The notes under the pieces were generated by a model, which saw only the letters and a list, made by a program, of their open reading frames with translations, made no database searches and had not been told where the DNA came from. This document shows, in pieces, positions 19,940-29,401 of a stretch of 64,000 nt of DNA. Source of the DNA: Methanomicrobiales archaeon (GTDB lineage Archaea; Halobacteriota; Methanomicrobia; Methanomicrobiales; Methanospirillaceae). A program made the position numbers and the translations under genes. The stretch spans positions 1 to 64,000 of the forward strand of contig JBAXJR010000001.1 in NCBI GenBank assembly GCA_037137755.1. The letters are read 5' to 3'. Each line of letters starts with the position of its first letter. Position 1 is the stretch's first letter.

Positions 19940-21142
19940 TTAAATGAGGCCGGTGAGCCACATCCACATGTTATGCATCCCAGCCGAGATTACCATGACC
20001 GGGTCAACCCCGATGACCGGGAAGAGGAATATGAAGTACAGGATCGTCCCGAGCAGACTTCCAAGGTTGGCAACCGCGGCTATCAGGACCACCTTGAAGA
20101 GCGGGATCCTGATCATTTCCCTGATGGATTCTGCCTGGTAAATCCTCCGGAAATCTGATACCGGGGGTTTTCTTACTTTTGCCTCGACAAATGCTGCTAT
20201 CCATCCAACGTGAAGGAGTGGATTTAAGGATGTCATCCATGCAACCCCGAAACATGCGAGGACTGTGTATGGGTGGCCCCCCACCGCAAGAGTGGCCACC
20301 GCTGCAAGCACCCCATGGATGATCACCCAGAAAAGGAACGCATAGAGGAGCACGTTCAGCCCTACCCCCGAAAAAGCTATACAGGCAAGGAGAAGGGCGA
20401 ACAGGAATGTGACAACGACCCCGAATGCTATGCCCCACGGAAAGGATTTCGGCTCACATGTCAGGGATTCATAGGAAGGCAGGGAATCCGGATTTTCAAG
20501 ATAGCGGTTGATCCCCTGGACATGGCCGGCTCCGATGACGGCGAGGATCCGGCCTTCTTTCTCTTCTTTCAGGCGGATGAGGTTGTGGGCGATATAGGCG
20601 TCACGCTCATCGATGAGGGCCCGGGCACCATTCGGGGAGAATTTCCTGAACTCGTCCATAATCACGTCCAGCACATCCTCCTCTTTAAGCTTCTCGATCT
20701 CGGCAGAATCGACCTTGTCCACCTCCGCTATGGAAAGGACCAGGGCGTAGAACATTTTGATCTTTCCAAAGAAACCCAATGACTTCCAAAACCGGAGAAG
20801 GGTCACCCGGATGTCCCGGTCCACCATCTCAACCGGGATACCACGGTGTTCAGCTTCCTCGATGGCGGCTTTCATCTCGGCCCCCGGCTCGACACCGATA
20901 TCCAGCCCTATCTTTCTCTGAAGGTACGAGAGAAGCCACTGGACCAGGAGCTGGTTGAAATTCTTCACTTCCAGGACATCTTCTACTGTCGGGTCCTTTG
21001 CCTGTTTCGTCAATGCCTTATAACGGCCCTGGTCCAGTTCTACCGCCACGATCCCGGGCTGGAACTCTTCGATTGCCGCCCTGACATCCTCAATGCTCTT
21101 TGCAGAAACATGGGCTGTTCCGACAAGTCTGATCTCTGCCAT
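19940..21142 (-). CDS. TraB/PrgY/GumN-family protein with C-terminal TM domain
   Basis: LVGTAHVS, VAVELD, PGAEM, DRDI, LIDERD, VIGAGH. Confidence 0.92.
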   Translation of the reverse strand: MAEIRLVGTAHVSAKSIEDVRAAIEEFQPGIVAVELDQGRYKALTKQAKDPTVEDVLEVKNFNQLLVQWLLSYLQRKIGLDIGVEPGAEMKAAIEEAEHRGIPVEMVDRDIRVTLLRFWKSLGFFGKIKMFYALVLSIAEVDKVDSAEIEKLKEEDVLDVIMDEFRKFSPNGARALIDERDAYIAHNLIRLKEEKEGRILAVIGAGHVQGINRYLENPDSLPSYESLTCEPKSFPWGIAFGVVVTFLFALLLACIAFSGVGLNVLLYAFLFWVIIHGVLAAVATLAVGGHPYTVLACFGVAWMTSLNPLLHVGWIAAFVEAKVRKPPVSDFRRIYQAESIREMIRIPLFKVVLIAAVANLGSLLGTILYFIFLFPVIGVDPVMVISAGMHNMWMWLTGLI

Positions 21143-21284
21143 GAATTCTTTTTACATGTGATCTCCGGGCTTAACTTCTTTAGGGTCGCGATTGGGAGGA
21201 TACATGTGAACACTAGCAATCCGGGACATTTTGGCGATAATTGGGCGTTGTTGGAAACCAGGCATCGGTAAAAAAGTGGGAATC

Positions 21285-21447
21285 CAATGACAGGAAGGGG
21301 TTTCTCTTTCTCCCTGCCCCATCCCAATACGATATTCATTTAGCAATGGTTCAATTGTGGCATTCAGGAAAATTTAGAGAGATTAAAAGGTTCTTCCCTA
21401 TCCCACCAGGGTCGCCACAGCGGCGGGCCATGAGCCCCGGTAGCGTG
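21285..21447 (+). repeat. Third copy of the structured repeat core (ends approximate)
   Basis: GACAGGAAGGGGTTTC...TCCCTGCCCCA and GGGTCGCCACAGCGGCGGG...GCCCCGG match about 277-427. Confidence 0.75.
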
Positions 21448-21657
21448 ATTAACTATTGGGATATCCGAATCAGGATAGATTAGAAAGGGTTTCAATTAAG
21501 CGTGCTATTAGCCTTTGGCTCATAGATGAGTATGAATCCTGGTCGGCATTTAGTGTTTCCCAGAGTTTTACAAAACAGCCGATAATTGAACTATATCTTT
21601 TATCCCTGCCAAAATTGCCAGTGGTTTATACCATATCATCTCGCCCTCGTCACTGTT

Positions 21658-22800
21658 TTAGTTCTGACCATTGCGGAGTGCATCCTCCATCTCTTTCATT
21701 GCGGTCTGTATCTTCCTCTGCTCGGTAGTATTTATCGCAGATATGCGGATGACCCGGAACCTCGGGCTGACCGTGATATGTTCACGGTACGATGCCGTCC
21801 CGATCTGGACTGTCCTGTCATGATGGCTGGTATCTCCTTGTTCCATGGCATGGATTAGGTCCTGGAGGTCGGGTGGGATAAATACTTCAAGCGTTGTGCC
21901 TGGTCCGAACCTGATCAGGTCATCAATCGCCGCCTCGTTGAAATACGAGATTTGGCCGTTCTGGTTCAGTTCGATAACCGGGTTTGCCTCAAGGTACGGG
22001 AATGCTGACAAGCGCTCAATCTCCCGTGCCATTGCCAGTCTTTTTGTGATATTGGTAACGGTTATCATCGTTCCCGATTCTTTATTGTGATTTTCAAGTG
22101 GGACGATGTTGATCTCGCAATCGATCAGGGGGCCTGATTTCTGCCTGAACCGTGTCCGGAGCTCGGAATGCATCTTGTTTTCTAAATCGGTTGCTACCTG
22201 GTCTCCCACACGCCGGTATATCTCACGGTCCTCGTAAAGGGACTCAAGTTCCTTTTCTATCAGTTCCTGTTTTGAATACTGCAGCATCCTCGCGAATGCA
22301 TCATTGACCCACTTGATCCGCTCATCCTTTACAAGCGCAATGCCGTGGGGAGATGCAGTGAGGATTGCATCAAGGATATGGTTTTTCTCATACAGGTCCC
22401 GCTCAGCCCTTCGCTGCTCCACGCCCTTTTTGATTTTTGATTGGAGCTCGGTGAACTGGGAAGCCGGGTCTCCTCCTTTCTGGAGGTAGAAATCGGCCCC
22501 GCTGTTTAAGGCTTCTATTACCACTTCCTCCCTGCCTTTCCCGGTAAAGACGATGAACGGGATGGTGGCATTGCCTGCCCTGACCGCTTTTAAAAAGGTG
22601 ATGCCGTCCATGTCAGGCATCAGGTAATCAGAGACCACGGCATCGTATTGTCCTTTTATCAGCATTACAAGTGCATCTGCAGCAGAATTTGCGACATCGA
22701 CATGGCATTCACCAGAACGCTGAAGAAACAGCTTTACAACCCTGGTGAGTCCGGGCTCATCATCAACAAGAAGTACTGATATTCCGCCTGCCTCACTCAA
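21658..22800 (-). CDS. Response-regulator receiver plus PAS domain protein
   Basis: VLLVDDE, DAVVSDYLMPDMDG, FTGKG, GADFYLQKG, then PAS (WVNDAFARML). Confidence 0.9.
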   Translation of the reverse strand: MSEAGGISVLLVDDEPGLTRVVKLFLQRSGECHVDVANSAADALVMLIKGQYDAVVSDYLMPDMDGITFLKAVRAGNATIPFIVFTGKGREEVVIEALNSGADFYLQKGGDPASQFTELQSKIKKGVEQRRAERDLYEKNHILDAILTASPHGIALVKDERIKWVNDAFARMLQYSKQELIEKELESLYEDREIYRRVGDQVATDLENKMHSELRTRFRQKSGPLIDCEINIVPLENHNKESGTMITVTNITKRLAMAREIERLSAFPYLEANPVIELNQNGQISYFNEAAIDDLIRFGPGTTLEVFIPPDLQDLIHAMEQGDTSHHDRTVQIGTASYREHITVSPRFRVIRISAINTTEQRKIQTAMKEMEDALRNGQN

Positions 22801-23128
22801 GAATAATCACCAAATTGTTTATCCAGGGTGCCGGTACTTCACATAAGATCCCATAACCGTATCGTTGTCGAAGTCCTGACCTTTTTTTAAACCGGCCTCT
22901 GTACCGATCCATTGGAATGTCCGGAGCAGAGATCACTATGTCCATCCTTTATCAGGATTCCACTACTTATAGATCGTGAAATACGCTGGTTATATAAATA
23001 TTATTTATATAATTGTAATATAAAAATATTTTACCCTTGTAACTCTCAACGACGTAGTTACCAACTGCTTCGAATGATCCCCTGATCAGTTAGGTTTTTC
23101 CCGTTTCCAGTCCTGTTAAAAAATTACC

Positions 23129-23938
23129 ATGACGGTCAGTTCAGTCAGGTGGACCGTTCCGGATCTCAATGCGGCAGTCAGCTGGTGCAGGAAGCGGAAC
23201 TCGCAGGGTATCAGGTGTACCCTTGCCGTGCTCGGGGAACATGCAGCGGATACATTGTCTGCATTCCGCGCTGTCAAAGAGAATATCAACTGCATCAGGG
23301 CGATAGAGGCTAACCAGCTTGATGCTTCGCTGTCACTCAAGCTTACGGCTGTAGGGGCCGTGTTCGATCAACAGGTGTTCAGGGAACATACCCGTACACT
23401 ATTCCGGGAGGCCACAGACCGTCATACGGGATTCGAGCTGGACATGGAGGGGAAAGGGCTGATCGATATCACCGTCGATACCGGGATTGCATGCATCCGG
23501 ATCGGACACCCGGTCACTCTTGCACTCCAGGCATACATGAACCGGACAGGGAAAGACCTTGTGAACATTGTCTCAGCGGGTATTACACCAAGAATTGTGA
23601 AAGGGGCCTATCATGGTGATTACGAGGAATTTGAACTGGTACAGGAGCGTTTTAAAGCACTCGTTGAGATGGTGCTGCCCACGGGAGCTGCATTCCTGGT
23701 CGCAACCCATGACCCGGAACTGCTGGAATGGCTGACCTCCCGCCTGGAAGACGAGAAGCACCGTGTCGAGTTCGGGTTTCTGATGGGCCTTTCAGACCGG
23801 ACAAAAATGGAATTTACAGAAAGCGGATGGGCAGTATCAGAATACATACCACTCGGGGATGAACCCGGGCCGTATATTGCAAGAAGAGAGCATTACCTTT
23901 CAGCGCTTGGAGAAATGGGGAGATCGCCGGCACCCTGA
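23129..23938 (+). CDS. Monofunctional proline dehydrogenase-family protein
   Basis: LGE, SLKLT, LDME, LQAY, RIVKGAY, ATHD, EYIPLG..YIARR. Confidence 0.88.
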   Translation: MTVSSVRWTVPDLNAAVSWCRKRNSQGIRCTLAVLGEHAADTLSAFRAVKENINCIRAIEANQLDASLSLKLTAVGAVFDQQVFREHTRTLFREATDRHTGFELDMEGKGLIDITVDTGIACIRIGHPVTLALQAYMNRTGKDLVNIVSAGITPRIVKGAYHGDYEEFELVQERFKALVEMVLPTGAAFLVATHDPELLEWLTSRLEDEKHRVEFGFLMGLSDRTKMEFTESGWAVSEYIPLGDEPGPYIARREHYLSALGEMGRSPAP

Positions 23939-23968
23939 ACGGGTGCTCCTGTCAGAATGTATCCCTGT

Positions 23969-24310
23969 TTATCTCAATAATCCCCCGATACACCCTCCGA
24001 TTAAACCGAGCACTGCATGGTAGAGCGCAAGGATGATCAGGGTTACCGCAATACCCAGGCCTGCTACCAGGCCAAAAATCCCAAGCAGGAAGGTGCTCCC
24101 TGCAATCACAAGGACTGAGAGGATGACCGCACCGAACAGCCCGCTCAAAAATCCGGCTTTCCCGCCGTTCCATACACCTCCCCCGGCAATCAGCCCAGCA
24201 ACAAGCCCTGCTACCAATGGCCCTACTACCGGTACAAAACCCAGGACGACCATCAGGACAAACCCGATGGCAACTGCAAGCCAGAAGGACCCCTCCTTTT
24301 TAGAACTCAT
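23969..24310 (-). CDS. Gly-rich small membrane protein (DUF5518-like)
   Basis: PVVGPLVAGLVAG...G.KAGFLSG...GLIGG.IG. Confidence 0.75.
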   Translation of the reverse strand: MSSKKEGSFWLAVAIGFVLMVVLGFVPVVGPLVAGLVAGLIAGGGVWNGGKAGFLSGLFGAVILSVLVIAGSTFLLGIFGLVAGLGIAVTLIILALYHAVLGLIGGCIGGLLR

Positions 24311-24393
24311 CTTATTAGGTAATTGCCTCGAAAAAGTGATTAATTTTTATGTCCGGGATCGATGCCGGCGTATCCACCCGGTAGAGATTTTAC

Positions 24394-24588
24394 CTATGTA
24401 TGGGCTCCTTCGGAGAGCATTTTTCCCGACTTCCCGATATTATCGCGGTCAAGTTCCTCGATCATTATCGTGACCATGCCAGGCTCTACCCCGAGTGTAT
24501 CGGTGATGGTCCTTGTAAACTCCCTGATAAGGACTTTTTTCTGCTCAACAGTCCTTCCCTTTGCCATTTTAATAATAACAACAGGCAT
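24394..24588 (-). CDS. 4-oxalocrotonate tautomerase-family protein
   Basis: M-P start (catalytic Pro1), GRTVEQKK, TIMIEE...GKSG. Confidence 0.9.
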   Translation of the reverse strand: MPVVIIKMAKGRTVEQKKVLIREFTRTITDTLGVEPGMVTIMIEELDRDNIGKSGKMLSEGAHT

Positions 24589-24752
24589 AACGCTCACCAA
24601 TAATCTGGTCACCTGACCTGATAAGCCATGCGAACCCAAGGTAAAAAAAATGTTATATTCCTTTACCCTTTTCCTTCATTATTGGTTATTTTTACCTGGT
24701 TGCATCCTGGAACAGCAAAGAAAGGGATTCCAAAGGGATCAAAAACGGCATA

Positions 24753-25985
24753 TCACTTCGAAGTCCTACGTGCACACCCGCCGGCAATTGCCGCCTGTTT
24801 TACGGCCTCTGCAATTGCTGCGGTTACCCGGCGGTCGAGGATGCTGGGGAGGATCCTGTCCTTTGCGGGTTTTTTAATGTAGTCTGCCAGTGCATGGGCT
24901 GCTGCCACCTTCATTTCGTTGGTAATTTTCGTAGCGCATGCATCAAGCGCTCCACGGAACATACCCGGGAATACCAGCGCATTGTTGATCTGGTTGGGGA
25001 AGTCACTTCTCCCGGTGCCGACGATGGCAGCACCAGCAGATAGTGCGAGGCCCGGCATTATCTCTGGCACGGGGTTTGCCATGGCAAAGACGACGGGGTC
25101 ATCATTCATTGAACGGACCATCTTTTTTGTAATAATTCCGGGTGCAGAAACCCCGATACATACATCGGCTCCCTCCATCGCCGCCGCGATGTCCCCTGAC
25201 CTGCCCTGGCGGTTCGTCTCGTCAGCAAGGATAAACTTGTATTTATTGGCGTAAAGCCCCTCGCGCTGCCGGTGAATGATGCCCCTGGTATCACAGACAA
25301 TGATATCGTGGACTGAACGGCAGTAATCGGGGTTATATCCGATGCATTTCAGGAGCCGGGCCGTCGCATACCCTGCAGCACCTGCACCGCAGATGGTAAT
25401 GTTAAGGTCCTCAAATTCCTTTCCTGTCACGTTGCACGCATTCAGGAGCGCTGCGAGTATGACAATTGCCGTGCCGTGCTGGTCATCGTGCATGACCGGG
25501 ATGCCGATATCCTGGAGTGCCTCCTCGACTTCAAAACATTTCGGTGCGGCGATATCCTCGAGGTTGATCCCGCCAAACACCGGTGCGATATTCTTCACGT
25601 CATCGGCAAAACCTGCATGGTAATGCTCGAAACATAGAGGGAACGCATCAATATCTGCAAATTTCTTGAAAAGAATTGCTTTTCCTTCCATGACTGGGAT
25701 CGCTGCATAACCGCCGATATTTCCAAGCCCGAGAACTGCTGAACCATCCGTAACGATTGCGATGGTATTTGCCTTCAGGGTATACCGGTACGCCAGGTCC
25801 TTGTCCTTTTCAATTGCTTTGCATACTGCCGCAACACCGGGTGTGTATGCCCGTGCGAGGTCTTTCCGGGTCCTGAGCGGTACCTTGGAACGGATCTCCA
25901 GTTTCCCCTTTTTCCGCTCGTGGAGTTCGAGGGCTTCCAGGTACACATCTGCCTTTTTCTGGTTACTGGCTGGTTTTTTCGTCAT
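24753..25985 (-). CDS. NAD(P)-dependent malic enzyme
   Basis: AYTPGVA, TDGSAVLGLG, MEGKA, NLEDI, HDDQHGT, GAGAAG, ANPVPEI; start set at MTKKP. Confidence 0.95.
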   Translation of the reverse strand: MTKKPASNQKKADVYLEALELHERKKGKLEIRSKVPLRTRKDLARAYTPGVAAVCKAIEKDKDLAYRYTLKANTIAIVTDGSAVLGLGNIGGYAAIPVMEGKAILFKKFADIDAFPLCFEHYHAGFADDVKNIAPVFGGINLEDIAAPKCFEVEEALQDIGIPVMHDDQHGTAIVILAALLNACNVTGKEFEDLNITICGAGAAGYATARLLKCIGYNPDYCRSVHDIIVCDTRGIIHRQREGLYANKYKFILADETNRQGRSGDIAAAMEGADVCIGVSAPGIITKKMVRSMNDDPVVFAMANPVPEIMPGLALSAGAAIVGTGRSDFPNQINNALVFPGMFRGALDACATKITNEMKVAAAHALADYIKKPAKDRILPSILDRRVTAAIAEAVKQAAIAGGCARRTSK

Positions 25986-26251
25986 TCCCAGGAGCTCCTT
26001 TGTCCTGCATTGAAATGAGCGCATCCACCCTACAATAATGTTGTGGTACGACAACCGGGTGATTGAGGACACCATGGCTATGGGGACCTGGCCGGATTCC
26101 AACACATGTTACATTTTATCCCTCTGGTATTTTTTGGGCCCTGGCGCCACGAAACAAAAAAATATTTTTTACCTTTTCAACAGTGACACGGTTTGATTGA
26201 CAACGACAAGGTACCCGGACTTTGTTCCTGCTCCAGACGCCCGGCTGATAG

Positions 26252-28234
26252 CTACATACTCATCCCCTTCCGGGCTTCCTGGAGTGAAAACTCTATCTCA
26301 CGCCATGCCCGGTCTAACAGCGCCTGGTAATAGGACACATCGAACCCGTCTGCCTCCCATGAAAGGTCTACTTCCCACCTCCCTGCGTCACGAATGACAT
26401 ACCCGATCTCCATCCCGGGCGAAACCGGAATGCCTGCAGCCCTGCATGCCCTGACTGCCGATGCCTCCGGGCAGCTCCGGGAATAATCCAGCCTGCTTAC
26501 CTGGCGGTGGATTGCCATCTCCTGCGGGGAGGCGGTACGGAGGCCGTCCATGGCATTCCTGTACAGTTCTCTCACCGCGTTACTGACCTCGTTGATATCA
26601 TATCGTGAGGACGCCGTACCCAAAAGGTCGAGCATCCCCTCCTGGGCCCGCCTGATATACTCCGGCGTATCCCCCCGGCGACTGGCAATACCCCGGATTT
26701 TCACAGAGCCGTCGTTAAGCCTGCCATAATACCTGTTATATGCCCCGAAACCATCCGGCATCGGGAGAAAGACCAGCCAGTCGTAGGACTCGAGTTCGGT
26801 ACGCAACCGGGTCTCTTCCTCGATCCGCGCCTGCAGGTGTTCACGCCCGGGGCCCTGGAGCCACAGGCAGTCAACTATCCCGTGGAGGACTGTTGCGCCT
26901 TCATCCTCGGCGATATCTTTCGACCTGATGAGGATATCCCGGGAATAGGAAGTAATTCGCTCGTGTACCTCGATCCTTCCGAACTTGGCATTTTTATACC
27001 CGGTATAGCCGAAACAGGTGACCAGCATCCACTTGAGGATGGAATCTGCCCCGCGGTACTTCGGGTCGGTCTTCTTCAGCTGTTTTGTCCTGTACCGGAG
27101 ATCGAGGAGTGGAGCAAGCACCTCCGGAAGAAAACCCCGTTTTTCAGGGTTGGCGACCGTCTCGGGCGAGAGGTTGTGCAGCACGATGACTGACGGGTAC
27201 AGGGAGGTGAAGTCGATCTGGAAGACATCCTCGTAGAGCCCGGGCACCGGCTGGAACATCATCCCTCCACGGTCGCAGGTGCGGAGGTCATTTACTTCCC
27301 TGATGCTCTCTGCATCGGTTTTCCGGTACGGTACCGCGATCCCACGCAGGAGTGCCTCGTACACTTCATATCCCGAGACAATGGTCCCGGCAGTGAACCT
27401 CGCTGCAAGGTTCGGGCACAGGCCGGTGAGCCGCGACGCGAGAATTACCCCGTAAAGCCCGCCTTCACGGTAGTTAAAGCTTGTACGCGTGTCGATCAGC
27501 AACCTGCCATCCGGAATGAGTGAACCTTCACGGTACTCGGTCCTGCCATAGCTCAGGTATGACATTGCCTCGATCCTCCGGAACATCCCGCTCCGGCTGA
27601 ACGGTGGATCGAGCCCGTAATGCCGGGCCCTTGCTACGATCCGCGGGACCTGGATATCTGCACCAGGAAAAAGGATGACATCCGGATCCCAGGAACTTAC
27701 AATTCCTGATAGATCGGCGATCACCGTTTTTTCATCCCCTGAAAGGAGGTCTTTCCTGTAAGTGTCCCCTTTGGTTACACGGACCTGCCTGCACTCCCGG
27801 GAGGCATACGGGTTTTCCAGGACTTCGATCTCCATAACCCTGTCCGGGAGAGAAAAATCCGGGGAAAACCTGGACTCTTCCGGTTCCCCGCACGGGAACA
27901 GGTTATGCTCGGCCATGTAGCGGTGGTCTGGCCTGGTATCGACATTGTATAGCCTGGCTTCGTGGCATGTCTGTTCGAGAATTGCATCAGCTACCTGGCG
28001 TCCTGCACCGGCACGGTAACCATGGCAGGTGCCGTACACGGTCTCGAACTGGCATTCCAAAAGGTTGTACTGCTCATAAAGTGCTTCGATCATCTGCCAG
28101 TGCGAACCAGCGTCAGGGAGCTGGAAGTAAAAATCCGGTGTCCAGGGTATCCGGTGGTGTGTTGCCCCGCCCCCTTCACCACGTTCCCAGAGCTCGACAT
28201 GGCCGTTCCGGTAACATGAGTCTATGATCCACAT
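26252..28234 (-). CDS. polB2: Family B DNA polymerase of the PolB2 group
   Basis: IDFTSLYPS (motif A), [10 protein letters not shown] (motif B variant), HGIVDC (altered motif C typical of PolB2); degenerate exonuclease motifs. Confidence 0.9.
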   Translation of the reverse strand: MWIIDSCYRNGHVELWERGEGGGATHHRIPWTPDFYFQLPDAGSHWQMIEALYEQYNLLECQFETVYGTCHGYRAGAGRQVADAILEQTCHEARLYNVDTRPDHRYMAEHNLFPCGEPEESRFSPDFSLPDRVMEIEVLENPYASRECRQVRVTKGDTYRKDLLSGDEKTVIADLSGIVSSWDPDVILFPGADIQVPRIVARARHYGLDPPFSRSGMFRRIEAMSYLSYGRTEYREGSLIPDGRLLIDTRTSFNYREGGLYGVILASRLTGLCPNLAARFTAGTIVSGYEVYEALLRGIAVPYRKTDAESIREVNDLRTCDRGGMMFQPVPGLYEDVFQIDFTSLYPSVIVLHNLSPETVANPEKRGFLPEVLAPLLDLRYRTKQLKKTDPKYRGADSILKWMLVTCFGYTGYKNAKFGRIEVHERITSYSRDILIRSKDIAEDEGATVLHGIVDCLWLQGPGREHLQARIEEETRLRTELESYDWLVFLPMPDGFGAYNRYYGRLNDGSVKIRGIASRRGDTPEYIRRAQEGMLDLLGTASSRYDINEVSNAVRELYRNAMDGLRTASPQEMAIHRQVSRLDYSRSCPEASAVRACRAAGIPVSPGMEIGYVIRDAGRWEVDLSWEADGFDVSYYQALLDRAWREIEFSLQEARKGMSM

Positions 28235-28240
28235 GGTCGT

Positions 28241-28564
28241 TCACACCCGTCCGTTTCTCTGCCACATTGGTGGATTTCCGGTTGGATGGCAGAAATGAGG
28301 CTCGGGGAGAGGGGAAACATCTCCGAGCACGACATGCCCGCCACCCGCTTCCTGCTCCCTGTACATGCAGATAAGTACCGAAAAAATGGCTGCTTCAAGT
28401 GGGTCATCAAACGCATAAAACGCCTCGCTTGCGTATGATTTTACCATTATCACCACCTTTTCCGCGTAGACTGTGTCATCGCTCCTCATGGCCCGGGCGG
28501 CTCGCTGCCAGCGTCCGGCGATGTTGTTAACCCCCATGCGGACACTCTGGAAACTCCGTCCCAA
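28241..28564 (-). CDS. Small helical PolB2-associated protein (arCOG07300-like)
   Basis: MGRSFQSVR...W...RAMR..D...DPLEAAIFSVL pattern and position directly upstream of polB2. Confidence 0.8.
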   Translation of the reverse strand: MGRSFQSVRMGVNNIAGRWQRAARAMRSDDTVYAEKVVIMVKSYASEAFYAFDDPLEAAIFSVLICMYREQEAGGGHVVLGDVSPLPEPHFCHPTGNPPMWQRNGRV

Positions 28565-29098
28565 TCATGCCACCCCGCTGAAGAATCCCTCAAGGGTGGC
28601 CTGTCCCGCACCTGCTCCTGGCTGTTTCCGTGACGAATGCACCCTGCGAGGCGTATCCCGCGAGGTTACCGGTGGCTCTCTGAAGAAGTACACCTGGTCT
28701 GCCCGGGACAGGATTAGATCAAACCACCTGTCTGCCCGTGGAGTATACAGCACCACGACTGCACCTTCTGATGCTCTTTTCAGTGCCTGTGCGACGGGTG
28801 CGGCCTCATCCTCGCAGGCGTACAGTGACAGGTCATGCTCGACGAAGAGGATGGAATGCCGTGCCGCACTGATCTCCGCCGCGAGCTGGCCTGGTGAAAC
28901 AACCCTTCTAACCTCCATATTTCCCGGGTGCTTCGCGAGTGCAGGAAGTATCCCGGATGTAGTCCCTGCAAGGTAAAGGAACAGGTACCGCCTGTTGCCA
29001 GGGTTGGTGATGGCCGGTAGCACGAGCTCTCCGGGTGCAATCATGGCACAGAATGTGCCGGTTAGCACCGATATCGAGGGTGCGAGCTCAAACTCCAT
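28565..29098 (-). CDS. Inactivated RadA/RecA-fold protein with a C-terminal PIP box
   Basis: No Walker A; VRR..S..QL and ILFVEHD (degenerate Walker B) resemble the RadA core; ends QATLEGFF. Confidence 0.7.
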   Translation of the reverse strand: MEFELAPSISVLTGTFCAMIAPGELVLPAITNPGNRRYLFLYLAGTTSGILPALAKHPGNMEVRRVVSPGQLAAEISAARHSILFVEHDLSLYACEDEAAPVAQALKRASEGAVVVLYTPRADRWFDLILSRADQVYFFREPPVTSRDTPRRVHSSRKQPGAGAGQATLEGFFSGVA

Positions 29099-29124
29099 GG
29101 TTACGTTTAGTGAACTGGTAAGCC

Positions 29125-29159
29125 CTTAAGTGTGGAGCGGGCGTGGTGTGAAAGTGATG
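29125..29159 (-). promoter_or_regulatory. Promoter of the PolB2 operon: TATA-like CTTAAG plus upstream CATCACTTTCA
   Basis: CTTAAG about 27 nt and ATCACTTTCA 50 nt upstream of the ATG at 29098. Confidence 0.6.
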
Positions 29160-29200
29160 TGCCGGGTATATACCGGTGCCGGAGTGCTGGGTTGGCTACT

Positions 29201-29230
29201 TATTTATACTAAATTGTACAATATTATACA
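29201..29230 (+). promoter_or_regulatory. TATA box followed by paired TRP-box-like operator TGTACA-N4-TATACA
   Basis: TATTTATA 29201-29208; TGTACA 29215-29220; TATACA 29225-29230. Confidence 0.6.
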
Positions 29231-29401
29231 TCAAAGTATTACAATGTCGCACAGGCGCTCCGGGACCGGACAAATGATACGAGCCCAACTATCCCGGCAT
29301 ACCTCTCCGTTGGTACCGCTTGTAACAATTGCCCACTACCCGTTCAGGGCTGTCCTGTGTGAATGTTCTCACTTGATCATCACGAACCAGGATGTTACAC
29401 C

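Noticed and set aside
19940-21142. Conjugation gene suggested by the name TraB
   Set aside because: TraB/PrgY/GumN is a widespread chromosomal family; no T4SS or relaxase nearby
26252-29098. Casposon, pipolin or proviral PolB
   Set aside because: No Cas1, integrase, capsid genes or terminal repeats; motifs fit cellular PolB2
29305-29345. Canonical T-box riboswitch suggested by TGGTACCGC
   Set aside because: No pairing partner for the lower antiterminator helix, no Stem I with AG/GNUG boxes or UGG specifier, and no terminator; kept only as part of the unexplained leader
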